A stretch of DNA of 64,000 nt from the human T2T-CHM13v2.0 reference genome, Homo sapiens (GCF_009914755.1 NC_060939.1); one strand, 5' to 3'. Shown: positions 12,898 through 24,907, numbered from the stretch's first letter. Notes: a model not told the origin generated them from the letters alone. A program made the numbers and translations.

Positions 12898-14796
12898 CAC
12901 TTATTATAAAATCTTATAATTAACATGAGAATTAGGAACACACATAATTACAATTCTATTAATACCCTGTTTTTAGGAAGGCTTTATAAATAGTTTACAA
13001 TAGGATAAGGTCTGTGTTAATGATCAAATACTGTGAGGAGCACAGAGAGGTATCTCTCTATAATCACAAACAAATTTAAAACCAGAGAGAAAAAGCACAA
13101 GTGTGAGTAAAAGTGTGGCATCCTGTTAAGCAACAAAGTAAAGCTTAGTTTCTTTTTTCACATTCCCAAGGGAACACACTAGTTGGTGACAGCCCAGAGA
13201 AATGAGACAAATGTCTGACCAGGCCTCACACCTCTCTGCAGATCTTCAGCCACAGAATTAAATCCCCACGTCCTTTATATACAGGAGCAATCCTATCAGA
13301 ATAGATATTAAGATATTATTATGTAGGAGAAATGTATTTTTGAAGGAAAAATACTGGACTAAATGAGGTCCTCTTGAGAACATATGAAAATCAGAGCCTC
13401 AGTCTACTTATTGAACTTGCCATGTGCCTTGCACACAGGGCAATAAACATCTGCTGTCTGATCAAGGTCAGGTTTACCATGATAAGCAAACTTCCTTCCA
13501 ACATTATCGGAATTCTGGGTTTATTTTCCACGAAGGCCAAGATGGAACCGAATTAATCATAACTATTTTCTGTGCTATTTTATCACAGCCTAAGTGCTTG
13601 GCTCATACAATCATCTTGTCCTTACTCCAGACTAGGAGTCAAAAACTGGTCTGGTGAGTTTACTTTTTCTTCTCATATCTGGGCCATACAAACACAAATT
13701 TTACTACATATACATGACTATAACACCTCATAACAAAAAAAGAGTAAGTGAAATGAACAGCCACATATCCAAGTGGATACCATCACTTGGTGACCCAGAG
13801 CTATATAATAAAGCTACAGAACCACTCAGGAAAAGAGCATCAGCGAGAATGGTAAGAATTTAATACAAAATCTCCCTATATATACTGTCTGAATTTATTT
13901 AACAGGCTCCTCCAAGAAGATAAAAGGGGTCACTGACAGTCCATCCTGTTGTTTCCATGGAGGCTTTAACTTAAACAACTGCAGACAAATTTCTCTTAAA
14001 GGAAATGTATTCCCACTGTCCTTCAATACAGGAAAATGACAACCCTTAGTCAAGTCTAATTAAAATTTTTCCGGCTGAAACATCTGTAACAGCGGCATGG
14101 GAAGCCAGTGAAATGGTCAGTTGCATGTACACAACACAAACACCACTAGTTAAAAATACTCCCTTAAGGCCGGCCACAGCAGCCTTACTGCTGCAGTGAA
14201 ACGGAGAGCCCCACACAACTCAAAAAACCAGTTCTCAGAACCACTTGCCCTGTTCTGCTTCCAATGTAGACATCTAAAGGAAGCATTGCCCAGAAAACCC
14301 AATCCGTAATTTTAATAAGCATAATTTACGGAAGAGTCAACTACTGTGTGATTTCTCCTCTGACTGTCATGGGAATCCCTTCCTTTCCTTGCCCCCTTTC
14401 AAATACAGCATCTACCAAGATGACCCCAAGGAAAGTACTTTCCTCTAGAAACAACCAGAATTGATATTGCAGGGAAAGGAACGGGCTTCTCCTCTTATCC
14501 CACTCGCAACTCCTCCCCTTCTTCCCCAAGGAACTCTTCTCGCCTCCCAAAATCTGCCTCAACAATGGCCCAAGATTCCATTTAACCACGTCCTCTCCTT
14601 TGGGGCAGAAATCTCTGGGAGTAGGGGCAAGGTAGTTTAACCACGAACGGGGTGGGGACTAAACAACCCTAGCACCTCTAAGGTGCCCCCAGGAGGTCTT
14701 GCCAAGGAGTCTTCCACAGGGAGAGTCATCCTGCCCGTTGTTCTGGATCTTGAAACTTGGGAGACCCACACCAAAGGAGGGAACCGGTTCCTTTAC

Positions 14797-14960
14797 CCTT
14801 TAAGCGCGTCGTGTCCTCCACCGCCTCTTCTCTTGGCCCGACTGGCTCTGGTTTCCTTCACGTTCCCAGCCTCCAAATTGGCGTCCGCCCCATGGCTCGT
14901 GTAGGACGCTAAAAGCACGGTAAATCCCAGGGCGATCTCCAGCAGACGCCCTCGACGCAT
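14797..14960 (-). CDS. FBN1: Fibrillin-1, first coding exon (codons 1-55: signal peptide, propeptide, furin site RAKR)
   Basis: Translates to MRRGRLLEIALGFTVLLASYTSHGADANLEAGNVKETRASRAKRRGGGGHDALKG, the recognised FBN1 N-terminus. ATG at 14960-14958 in the context GGCATCATGC. The 164 coding nt end in phase 2 at the donor AAAGG|GTAAAG (GT at 14796-14795). Confidence 0.98.
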
Positions 14961-15141
14961 GATGCCGAGCCGCCACCGGCTCCCGCCGCCTCTTGCCGCG
15001 CCCGGGGCTCGGTCTGCGGCCGCCGCTGCGCCCTGAAGCGCACCGCGCCGCCGGGGTCCCGCTATCCCGCCGCCCGTCCCCCGGGCCGGGCTCCTCCCGC
15101 CTTCTCCAGGCGCTGCTCCCACTTCAGGCGGCCCCTGCCAG
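14961..15141 (-). other. FBN1: 5' UTR part of the FBN1 first coding exon (whole exon 15141-14797, 345 nt)
   Basis: Acceptor TTTGTCTCTGTGTTGCAG|CTGG with AG at 15143-15142; 181 nt to the ATG; no upstream AUG. Confidence 0.92.
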
Positions 15142-15765
15142 CTGCAACACAGAGACAAATCCCCGAGGCGGGGAGACTTTCAGGGCATCGGGATGCTGAA
15201 GCCTCGCGGTCCCCATTCCCAAGCCCAACCCGTGCGCCGCCTGCGCGTGGCGCAGTTAATTTGGGTAAGGGAAGACCGTTTGGTCCACAGCTGGCTGGAA
15301 AGCCCAGGCCCCCGGCGGCAGCAGCCCCGGCCAATCCCTCGGCCTCCCGGGCCCCGCCAGAAGAGCGCGGCGCAAAGTACCCATATCCCCAGCGGTCCTA
15401 AGCCCCGGGCGAGCTCTCTGGGTTTATTTTTTTTAGCGGCACGAATTGCGCGCGATGCGCGCTCTGAACGCCCCACTCCTCAGCCTGCCCTCTCCGCCAG
15501 GCTGGAAGCCAGCCGCGCCGTCCCCGCCGACTCCGGGCGATGCCACCGCCCCCCGAACATCTGACGCGGAGCCCGGCACCAAGAGCCCCGGGCCAGGAAG
15601 CTGTCAGGCAGGGGAGGGCCAGCGCCAGCTGTGGACGTTCCGGGACAGCCCCTCACCCCAGTCCCTGTCCCTGCCCTCGGCGCGGCGCAAACGCAAAAGC
15701 CTCCGTGGCCGCAGCTCCAGCCCCGGTGGCCGCCCGACCCCCGTCGGGACCCCGGCTGCACCCAC

Positions 15766-15979
15766 TGGAGAAGCGGCGGCTCCGACTCCCGAGGAGGCGG
15801 CGGCGGCTGCTCCCAGTCGTGGCCGCTACAGCCACTGCTCGGCTCCGCTCGCAGCTGTCCCAGCTGTGGCTCCTGTCCGCTTGTGGCACCCACAGTCTCT
15901 GCCGCGGCTCCCGCAGCCCCCTCCTTTCCCCACCTCTTCAAGTATCGTCCGCGCAGCGGTTTCTCGCGAGAGAAATACT
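15766..15979 (-). other. FBN1: FBN1 non-coding first exon (exon A); TSS dispersed at about 15900-15980
   Basis: Donor TTCTCCA|GTGGGT (GT at 15765-15764). The spliced junction CTTCTCCA-CTGGCAGGGG matches my recollection of the FBN1 mRNA leader. The 5' end is approximate. Confidence 0.85.
15962..15971. promoter_or_regulatory. TCTCGCGAGA palindrome (BANP/ZBTB33-type CGCG promoter element)
   Basis: Perfect 10-bp palindrome at the 5' edge of exon A; an established CpG-island promoter motif. Confidence 0.85.
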
Positions 15980-17369
15980 TTTTTTAAAAAAAGAAAGAAA
16001 AAGAAAATGACACCCCCTCCTTCGTCGCCCTCATCACCACCCCACCCCCCGGCCCCATCCATCCTCCCTTTCCACTCCCCTTTGCCAGCCTCCGCCTCGG
16101 TGCGGGGCCTCTCGCTCGCAGGATTAGCGCAGTGGGAGGAGGCAGAGGTGATCAGGTCCTGCCCGGCCTGGGACTTTTTGTCTTGAGGTGGGGAGGGGAG
16201 AAATGGGAAGAGGTGGAGTAGCGGTTTTAGCCCGCTCTGCGGCTGCGAGGTTTAGATCCGAGATTAACCTCTCCCGCGATAGGTGAAGCCCTACCGGAGC
16301 AGAAAGCTGTTCCACCTGCACCAAGAATGCGCGCTGGAGACGGTTGCCCCGGAGGCCCTGGCCCGAGAGAAAACCAGTCCCCGCTGCCCGCGCCTCCCGG
16401 TAGCGCGCTCCCTGCGCCTCTCCCGCCGGACACTCAGCAGACGCCGGAGGCCGGGAGGCTAAGACTGGGCGCGTCGCAGGCCGGGACCGCGGCAGAGGCT
16501 GCTGTGCCGACCGAGGAGAGGGCTCTGCCGCCCCCACTTGCCCTGGGTGTCGAGAGCCCACTCCAGACGCGGCTCTTCTGAGGCTCAATTCAAGCCACCC
16601 AGGCCTGAATCCAGGGTGCTCTCTCTAAGTCGGTGTCCAACCCAGGGGCCTGTAAATGTTGGAACCTAGGATGTAGGATGGGAGCGGTGAAGGGATGGTC
16701 CTCTTGCCCAGCCCAGATTAAGACTGGGGTTCATCTGGAGGACTCTACTTACACCCTCCCGGTCCCCTCGCCCTCCCCCACACACAGCTGCCTCTCCCCA
16801 GGATATGCGCGGCACAGTGAATTTAGTGGCTTTGAAAGGTATAGTATTTGTGGCATCCTTATATGGATAATGCCCAATGATGCCTGCACCCTGTAACAGT
16901 TTAGGAAGGCCTGAAGTCGCACACTGGGTCCTGGCTGCTGTAACTGGAGACCCCCAGAAGATCCCCTGCAAGCAGCCACCAGCCTGCTGTCAAGCCAATA
17001 ATAAAAGCTCAGCACAAACAGGTACCCTGGGAATGTATCCTGTTGAAAGGGATTTTCCTTATTTGTAACCGTTTGTAAAGGGGCCCAGACAGTAGGGTAG
17101 AGAGACCTGGGCAAGTTATTCAACTTCTTTCCAAATACAAGATGGGACTTGTAGTGTCCACCACACAGGGTTGTAATGGTGATGATGGACATGCTGAACT
17201 GCTGTGATACATGAAGATGAAACAGAAAAACTGTGGGAACTATGAGCTGATCTAAAGCCATAGTCCTGTAAGTATGTATGTGGTGTACTTTAAGGTCTCA
17301 CCTGCAAAAGGTCTCTTAGCAGATTCATGAATGAGAGCCTTGGTCACACACTCCTGGCTGAGTAAAGGA

Positions 17370-17725
17370 GATCATTCATTCAAGATGTTTTTACTGAGCA
17401 CGAACTGTGTACTACTTAGTGCATTGTTGAACTAGACTTCAACAATTTTAACAAGGCAGGTTCAACAATTTGAACACGACTGACTTCAACAATTTAGTGA
17501 AAAGGGCAGAAATGTGTCTCCCCTCACACAGCAGGTAGTCAACAAGGAAAGGCAGACTTGAAACAAATAATGGACCAATTGTTAAGCGCCAAACAGGATA
17601 AGTACTGGGTGCTTGCTTGGAGGATATATAACAAGGGGACTTGACCTAGGCTAGGGCTGATCAGGAAAGGGATCCCTGAGGAAGTGATATTTAACTTAAG
17701 TCTAAAACATAACTAGACTCTACTT
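17370..17725 (-). mobile_element. L2 3' fragment
   Basis: ATTCATTCAA tail; GATCAGGAAAGGGATCCCTGAGGAAGTGATATTT. Confidence 0.65.
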
Positions 17726-17731
17726 AGGATA

Positions 17732-18200
17732 GCAGTTCTCAACCCTGGCTATGCAGTAAAATAATAAGAGGCTTTAAAAAAATTCTGACACCAGGATGGG
17801 CATGGTGGCTCATGCCTGGGCCTGTAATCCCAGCACTTTGGGAGACCAAGGCGGGTGGATCACTTTAGACCAGTAGTTCAAGAGCAGCCCGACCAACATT
17901 GTGAAACCCTGTCTCTACTAAAAATACAAAAATTAGCCAGGTGTGGTGGTGCATGCCTGTAAATCTTGCTACTCAGGAGGCTGAGGCACTAGAATCGCTT
18001 GAACCTGAGAGGTAGAGATTGCAGTGAGAGGAGATTGTGCCACTGCACTACAGCCTGGGCAGAACAGAGTGAAACTCTGCCTCAAAAAAAAAAAAAAAAA
18101 AAAATCTGACACTGACACCAGGCCCCAACACCCAGAGTTTCTGATTTGAGTAGTCTGTAGTGGATTCTTCACATGGATATTTTTTAAAGCTCCCTGGGTA
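17732..18200. mobile_element. MER5A-type MITE interrupted by an Alu
   Basis: CAGTTCTCAACCCTGGCT... left half; CCAGGCCCC...CCCAGAGTTTCTGATTT...TTTTTAAAGCTCCC right half. Confidence 0.7.
17794..18103 (+). mobile_element. AluS, full length
   Basis: Dimeric Alu with A20 tail; TSD about AAAAAA(T)TCTGACAC. Confidence 0.95.
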
Positions 18201-19298
18201 GGGAGGGGTAAGGAGGTAATTCACACTGGGAAAAGGATCTGAGCAGAGGGACCATGGATTAGGAGAAAGCAGGGCTGTTGGACATCCAGAAAGGCCTTGT
18301 CCTGCCCACCAGTTTTCTGGGCTGCTCTGCACCCACAGGGGACTCTGGAAACTGCATGCTTTCCTTGTACTCCAGCAGCATGCAAGACATGCTGTGCCCT
18401 TTCTCTCAGAATCTTACACTCAGTGACATGTTGGTCAGCAGCAACCAAACACAAGCCTTTTCTAAGGCTTCTGCCCAGGAAGTAAAGGCCAAATCCTGGT
18501 GCCCTGCAAGTCCCCTCTTCCAACATTTCTGGACATTTCTATTATTTCTAACTCAAACTGCCTTCCAGGGTTTCACCTCCAAGGGAGGGATTTGGATTAA
18601 ACGTTTTTACCTGGCCTTTGCTTTCCCCGGCAACCTCCTCTTTATTCATTGGCCTCTTTCTCCAATAAAGGAAAGATTCTTCCTTCATATTGGGTGGCAG
18701 CTCCAAGCCATATACTCCCCTCTTTGAGCAATAAGTCTCATGTTCTGACCACAATGGTGGAAGATTACAGGGGAAGGGGAAGCAGGGGGAACTTGATTAC
18801 TTAAAAGTAAATACATTTTAAATATACAAGAACTATTCCCGCTATCTAGGCAATCAACATGTATTAGAGTAGCATGCTACTTATGACAAAATTCAGTAAC
18901 GAATAATAAAAATCTGTGTCTTTGCAATAAGATTTTCTTGATGCCAGATGATTGAGGACCCAACTCTCCTTAAACCTATCACAGACTTTTTTTTTTTTTT
19001 TTTTTTTCGTAATAGGTTGTTTTGCACTGTTTGCAAATTAAGTCCATGGGCTAGAATTCCTTGCTTCCATCTCCTTATTTCAAAGAATTCTATTCACCCT
19101 AAGAAACCTTGCTCAGATTCCTTCTTGTTCGTAGGTGTTTTAGCTCATGCCCATCTCTCTTGTTCTAACATCATTGCACTTATTAACTGAATCATTCACT
19201 TAATAGTTAATACATAATTATAGTATGCCTACTATATGCCAAGTGCCATGTCAGGCACTGGACATTAGGGATATTTCTTCTGTTGCTATAGTGAACTA

Positions 19299-19378
19299 TT
19301 AGGTTGGCACAAAAGTAATTGCAGTTTTTGCCATTTAAAAGTACTAGCAAAACCGCAATTACTTTTGCGTCAACCTAA
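19299..19378. mobile_element. MADE1 (Hsmar1-derived 80-bp palindromic MITE)
   Basis: TTAGGTTGGCACAAAAGTAATTGCAGTTTTTGCCATT...GCAAAACCGCAATTACTTTTGCGTCAACCTAA; TA on the left flank. Confidence 0.93.
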
Positions 19379-19478
19379 ATATATATTTTTTTTCTGTAGC
19401 CATTGTACTTACTCCCCCTAGCTGTATGATAGATCCTTAAAGACAAGGTGGCATTCCTTATTCAAGGAAACTTGCTAG

Positions 19479-20008
<530 letters not shown>

Positions 20009-20671
20009 TGATGTCATGTGAGTAAATCAATTCCAACCATTTTCATCTTTTTGCCACCCCTCTTGGAGTTCAAATTCAAAGGACAGGGTCCTTTTGACGT
20101 AGCTATTTAGGGAACTTGGGCACAATCCTGGCCAAAGGATGATGGAGTATCTTGATGGATAGTCCCAACAAGATTGCATGCCATGGGAAAAGGGTTCATC
20201 TATAAAAGATGGGCAAAACACTATTTTGGTCATGCACCAAAAATTGAAGGGCATTAATGCTTGTCAGGAGAAAAAAAAAAAATCCAGATGTCCATTACAT
20301 CATCTCAAGAACTCTCAAGATGTTTAGAGCTTACTGAAATAAAGCATTTTCAAGCTTTACTTGGAAGAAGCATACTCTAAAATCAGCTTCTACGTCTTCC
20401 TTTGCAAACTAAATCATGACTTCACAAAAAGCTAACTAGACTTTCATGTAGCCTCAGTTCCTGCCATTGATGGTGGCAAATAGATCACTCATGATACAAC
20501 CAACTATATCTTCAAAAATTGGCTTCTGACTTTTAGTGAGTATTGTAGAATTTTGTAGTTATAAAAATGTAATGCATATATCACAGCTACCAGAAACCAT
20601 ACCTATTTATATATAGAGAGAGAAAAATAATACATTCACATACATAACCACATTTAATCTTTGCCACAACT

Positions 20672-21114
20672 TTTGGTAGATTGAAAAACATAGCCACAAT
20701 ATTTCTTATCTTCTTCCATCAAGAAGTAGCGTCTATTTCTCAACTCTTTGAATCTGAGTTGGCTTTTTATTTTTCTTTTACCAGTAGAATATCATGGAAG
20801 TAACATTGTATGACTTCTAAAGCTAGGCCTTAAGAAATCTTGCAGCTTCCTCTTTTACCCTATTAGATGTTGCCCTGAGATGGATAGGCCTTCAAGAAGT
20901 CCAGGATGAAAGACAATGTGGAGAGAGACAGCCCCAACTCTCTCAGCTACATCAAGACTCTTCCTGAGCTACCAACTAAATGTAGTCACATATGTGAGCC
21001 CAGCAGATCAGCCCAACTGCCCAGTTAACCCATAGAATACATATATCATTGTTGTTTTAAGCTGCTTATTTATTAGGGTGGTCTATTACGTAGGAATAGA
21101 TAAATAATTGAAAC
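20672..21114 (+). mobile_element. MLT1 (G/H-like) solo LTR
   Basis: TGGTAGATTG...CCATCAAGAAGTAG start; TTGTTGTTTTAAGC...TTACGTAGGAATAGATAA end. Confidence 0.7.
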
Positions 21115-23063
21115 CTTATAATATAAAATAATTTTTCTCAATTTTAGAGATGAAGAAACTCACATTGAGAAGAGTTAAGAAACTTGCTCAAATTCATAAA
21201 ATCAAGAGGAGAGGTGGATGTAATTAAAACCAAGCCTTTGACAAATCAAGGAAACTTTTCATGTCGTCACTGCTACCTCATCCGTGGCCACAAAATCTCA
21301 GTCAAGATCTAGGGTTGATGCAAACTGGAGTCATTCCCAGTATCCACAACACTTCTCTTGTGTCTTCTGGGAAGCTAAGATTTCATCCCTTGAGTTTCAT
21401 TGCTGCCTGAATCTATTGCATCTTACTTGAGAGCCTCATTTATTCCATGCTACAAGATCCATGCAAGATTCCAGGATCACCAAGATCACTCCAGGAAATG
21501 AAGAGATCAAGAGAGCTGCCATGGACAAGTCTCTGCCTCTCTGCTTCAGCTTCTAGTTCCCTCATAATATAGGACAATTCCTTGTACAAAACGGGTGCTC
21601 CATAAATATTTGTTGAATGAACTTCTTTTCTAGATGGTGACGTGATGGCAACCTTAAAACCTCATGCCATTCTTCCTCATCATTCTCTGGGTTAAAGAAA
21701 GGCCTAAACTTTTCCAGCAATTGACAGAGCCTTGGTGTGTCATATTGCCTCATTGTGCCTCAGTTGTCCCATCACTCCCACTTGGGAGAGGATATGAATG
21801 AATGGATCTTAGTTTTAAAGAGCTGAAGGTGGAATTCAGTTGCCTGATTGCTAGCATAGATAGTACCTCTATGTATGTGCCATTTCTTTTTTTTTTTTTT
21901 TGATTGTTTAGTTCATTTATTTGTGTAACCAATTTTGATTAAAAGCTGAACACTGTGCTGGAAGCTGAGGCTTCACTGGTGTAGGGATGCCATTTCTGCC
22001 CCCTAAGAATCACAAGGGCTAGAGCATTGCAGGAGGTCCTTACAGCAACAATTACCATGAACTAAGCCTTTGCTTAGTGCAGGCACTGTGTTAAGAGGGA
22101 AGTTAGTAATGTTCTTCCCATTTTAGAATTTTGTAACTATAAAAATATAATGCAGGCTTAAGAAAGAGCAGTTTAAAATGACATAAATAAACCTTTGTTT
22201 TAGGGAAAGTTTGCATATGTTTGTGCTTCTGTGTTATACTAAGAATCCTGAGCAATTCCCACTTCAATATAAAATTCTAGTGGTGTGAGGGCAAAAGGTG
22301 AAAAAGAGTTTTAAAAAGGTAAAAATTTATACATGCTAGAAAAAAAATGAGAATTGTTTTCATTTTCATGATTCTTCAGAAAATTTATTTATTAGAAATA
22401 TTTTAACTACTTAAATAAAAGATTTTTTAAAGTATTTTTTTCATAATCCCAACCACCCTGTTTTAGTTTTCTCATTTTGCCTCTAGTCTTTGTCCATATG
22501 GTGCATTTTACATAGTTGTAACCCTGGTGGATGTATAGTTTTATCTTCTGCTCAACAGGGAGGAGAATTTGTTCAGCATTTGAGTGTTTAACCTTTGCAT
22601 TTTGTGGATAGGGTCCCTGGGTGAGGTCTGCCTAGCCATCTTTCTGGCAGAAAGCATGTACAACTGTTGAATTATGTTATTGAAATCACTTTCATTACCT
22701 CAATCCCCCAAAGCAAACAGTTGCTCTCCACCCAAAACAAAAGCTCTGGTTCCCAGACTTCATTTCACTTGTGTTTTCCGTGAGTTCTGTGACCCACCCT
22801 GGTATTCCCTGTCATTTTTTCTACCAGACATAACAGATACCAGCCCAACGGCAGAGGCGAATAAAGCGGAGGCCTGGACAGCAGGAAAGGACATAACATC
22901 GTATCCATCACAAATTAAAAACATTCTCTATTAGCTGCATTCAACAAGTGTTACCAAACACCAGCCTTGTGTTGCAGACTAGGGGAGACACTACAGAAGC
23001 CACCAAAATGTGCCCATCCTGCAGCCTGCTCTCTCTCAGGAGGGAGAAAATGAGTGCTTATAG

Positions 23064-23356
23064 CAGAGGTCAGCAAATTTCTATAAAGTGATAGACAGCT
23101 AACAAATACTTTAAGCTTCATGAACCGTAAGGCAAAAGAAAACAAATTTCCACATGCATTTTACTGACAAAAGTAAAAATTTGTCTATGGACACTGAAAT
23201 TTGAATTTCATATAATTTTCATGTGCAATGAAATCTTCTTCATTTGATCATTTTCAACAACTTAAAAGTGTAATAACTATTCATAGCCTGCAGGCCATAT
23301 AGAAACAAGGCATGGGGACAGATTTGCTCTGTGCAGCCATAGTTTACCAACTTCTG
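23064..23356 (-). mobile_element. MER58B-like hAT MITE
   Basis: TIRs CAGAGGTCAGCAAAT / AGTTTACCAACTTCTG; internal TATGGACACTGAAATTTGAATTTCATATAATTTTCA. Confidence 0.8.
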
Positions 23357-24341
23357 GAATTAAAGAAAAAGGCCAGCACAGAACCTGGCTTGGGCATGAT
23401 TCTCCAAAGTGGCTGGCACCAAGACAGGGATCCACAGAGGAGAGAGGTGGGGTGGGGTGGGGTGGAGTGGTCCAGTCAGAAGACTTAATGGAAGAAATGA
23501 GATTTGAGGATCGCCTTGAAGGGAGGGTAGGATTTGGCTACATGGGGAGAACATTCCAGGCGGAAGTGATGAGCATGAGTCCAAGGCACAGAGGGAGGGA
23601 AGATTATGGGCCAAAGGGGACATGCAGGGTGTTTCACCATCCTTCACGGTGACATACTTCTAGCTCTCCAAGGTTTCTGTGACACACCCTGGGCTATGTG
23701 TTTATGAAGAGAAGGGGTATTATGGCCTGTAGGAGTCAGTCTTTAAATGACTACGATTAATCATATTATATGAATGTTAATAATATCCATAACCCAAAAC
23801 TTGTTGAAAACACTGAGATCCATCTGATCTCTGGTTTAAACCTGATGAAAGGCAAACTAGACCTTATTTTTCTCCATCCAGAGGCTTTCCACATTTCATT
23901 TGGTCACCTATTTTAAATAATTTTTGTAAAGAATGCACTTTTTCTTCAGGATCTTAGTATTCTAATGATACCAGAAAATGCCACCTGCCCTAACCCAAAT
24001 ATTCATGGCAAATATGAAAATCTTGATTAAGTTATGAGTAACAAGTAGCTTTGGTTAGTGACTTTTCTGTTTTCCTACATCTGTTTTTGTTTTCACTCTA
24101 GATCTGAATTTTCTCTAAAAAGTTAGTAATTAGTGCATACCAGTAATTACTTGATACCTAAAAAAATGTTTTTCCTGGCTGACTTGATCTATTCCCATGA
24201 TTTCACCCCTTGGTCATAACATACTACTAACTCCCAAATCTGAATCTCCAGCCCAGACATTTCCCTAGAGCTTCAAATTCAGATGTCCAAGTTCCTGCTG
24301 GATGCCTCCACCTAGTCCTCCCACAGGCGTTCAGACTCAAC

Positions 24342-24907
24342 TGTGGTAGCAGCCTCTACGAAGGCCTCCAAAGATCCCCCTTCTGGGTACTCATGCCCAG
24401 GGGTAATCCCCTCCCCTTGAGCATGGCCTGGACCTAGTCACTGTCTTCTAACAGACAGAGTATGGCAGAGGCCATGGGATGTCACCTCCAATATGAAGTT
24501 ACACAAAGACGCAGGAGCCTGTCTTGCTTGCCCTTTCTTGCCCTCCTGCCTGCCCACGCTGATAGAAGCCAGCTGTCACGTTGTGAGCTGCCCTGCAGGG
24601 AGGCCCTATGCAAGAAACTGATGGAGGCCTCCGGCCAACAGTGATGGACTAAGGCCCACAGTCCAAACCACGCTTGATGAACTGAACTCTGCTATTGATA
24701 ACAATCACACAAGCAAGCTTGGGAGTCTTCAGATGAGACTGCAACCCCAGCCAACACCTTGATTCAGCAGTGAGAAACGTTCAGCCCGAGGCATCTAGCT
24801 AAGCAGTGCCTCATTTGTGACACAGAAACAATGAGATAACAAATGTGTAGTGTTTGAAGCCACTAAATGTTGAGGTTATTTGTTACACAGAAAGAGGTAA
24901 CTAATAT
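24342..24907 (+). mobile_element. MLT1F-like solo LTR inserted into an L2 (L2 at about 24180-24340 and resuming after the LTR)
   Basis: TGTGGTAGCAGCCTCT start, TAATCCCCTCCCCTTGAG, and TTTGAAGCCACTAA...TTGTTACACAG end. Confidence 0.8.

Larger units (their letters stand above)
14800..16580. promoter_or_regulatory. CpG island / FBN1 promoter, likely bidirectional
   Basis: Abrupt switch to very high GC and dense CpG against AT-rich, CpG-depleted flanks; contains both FBN1 5' exons and many GC-box-like tracts. Confidence 0.95.

Noticed and set aside
15142-15765. Additional alternative first exon between exon A and exon 2
   Set aside because: Only weak donor candidates (e.g. TGG|GTACTT at 15380) are visible; boundaries cannot be supported.
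14993-16588. Many overlapping long ORFs (up to 246 aa) in the CpG island
   Set aside because: Pro/Ala/Gly/Arg-rich, present in all frames and mostly without AUG starts; expected from stop-codon depletion at high GC.
17436-17496. Short triplicated (GAC)TTCAACAATTT motif, superficially repeat-spacer-like
   Set aside because: Only three imperfect 11-14-bp units inside a decayed L2 in mammalian DNA; local slippage, not a CRISPR-like array.
18370-18395. p53-like paired CATG cores (AGCATGCAAGACATGCTG)
   Set aside because: The half-sites overlap by one base and carry several mismatches to RRRCWWGYYY.
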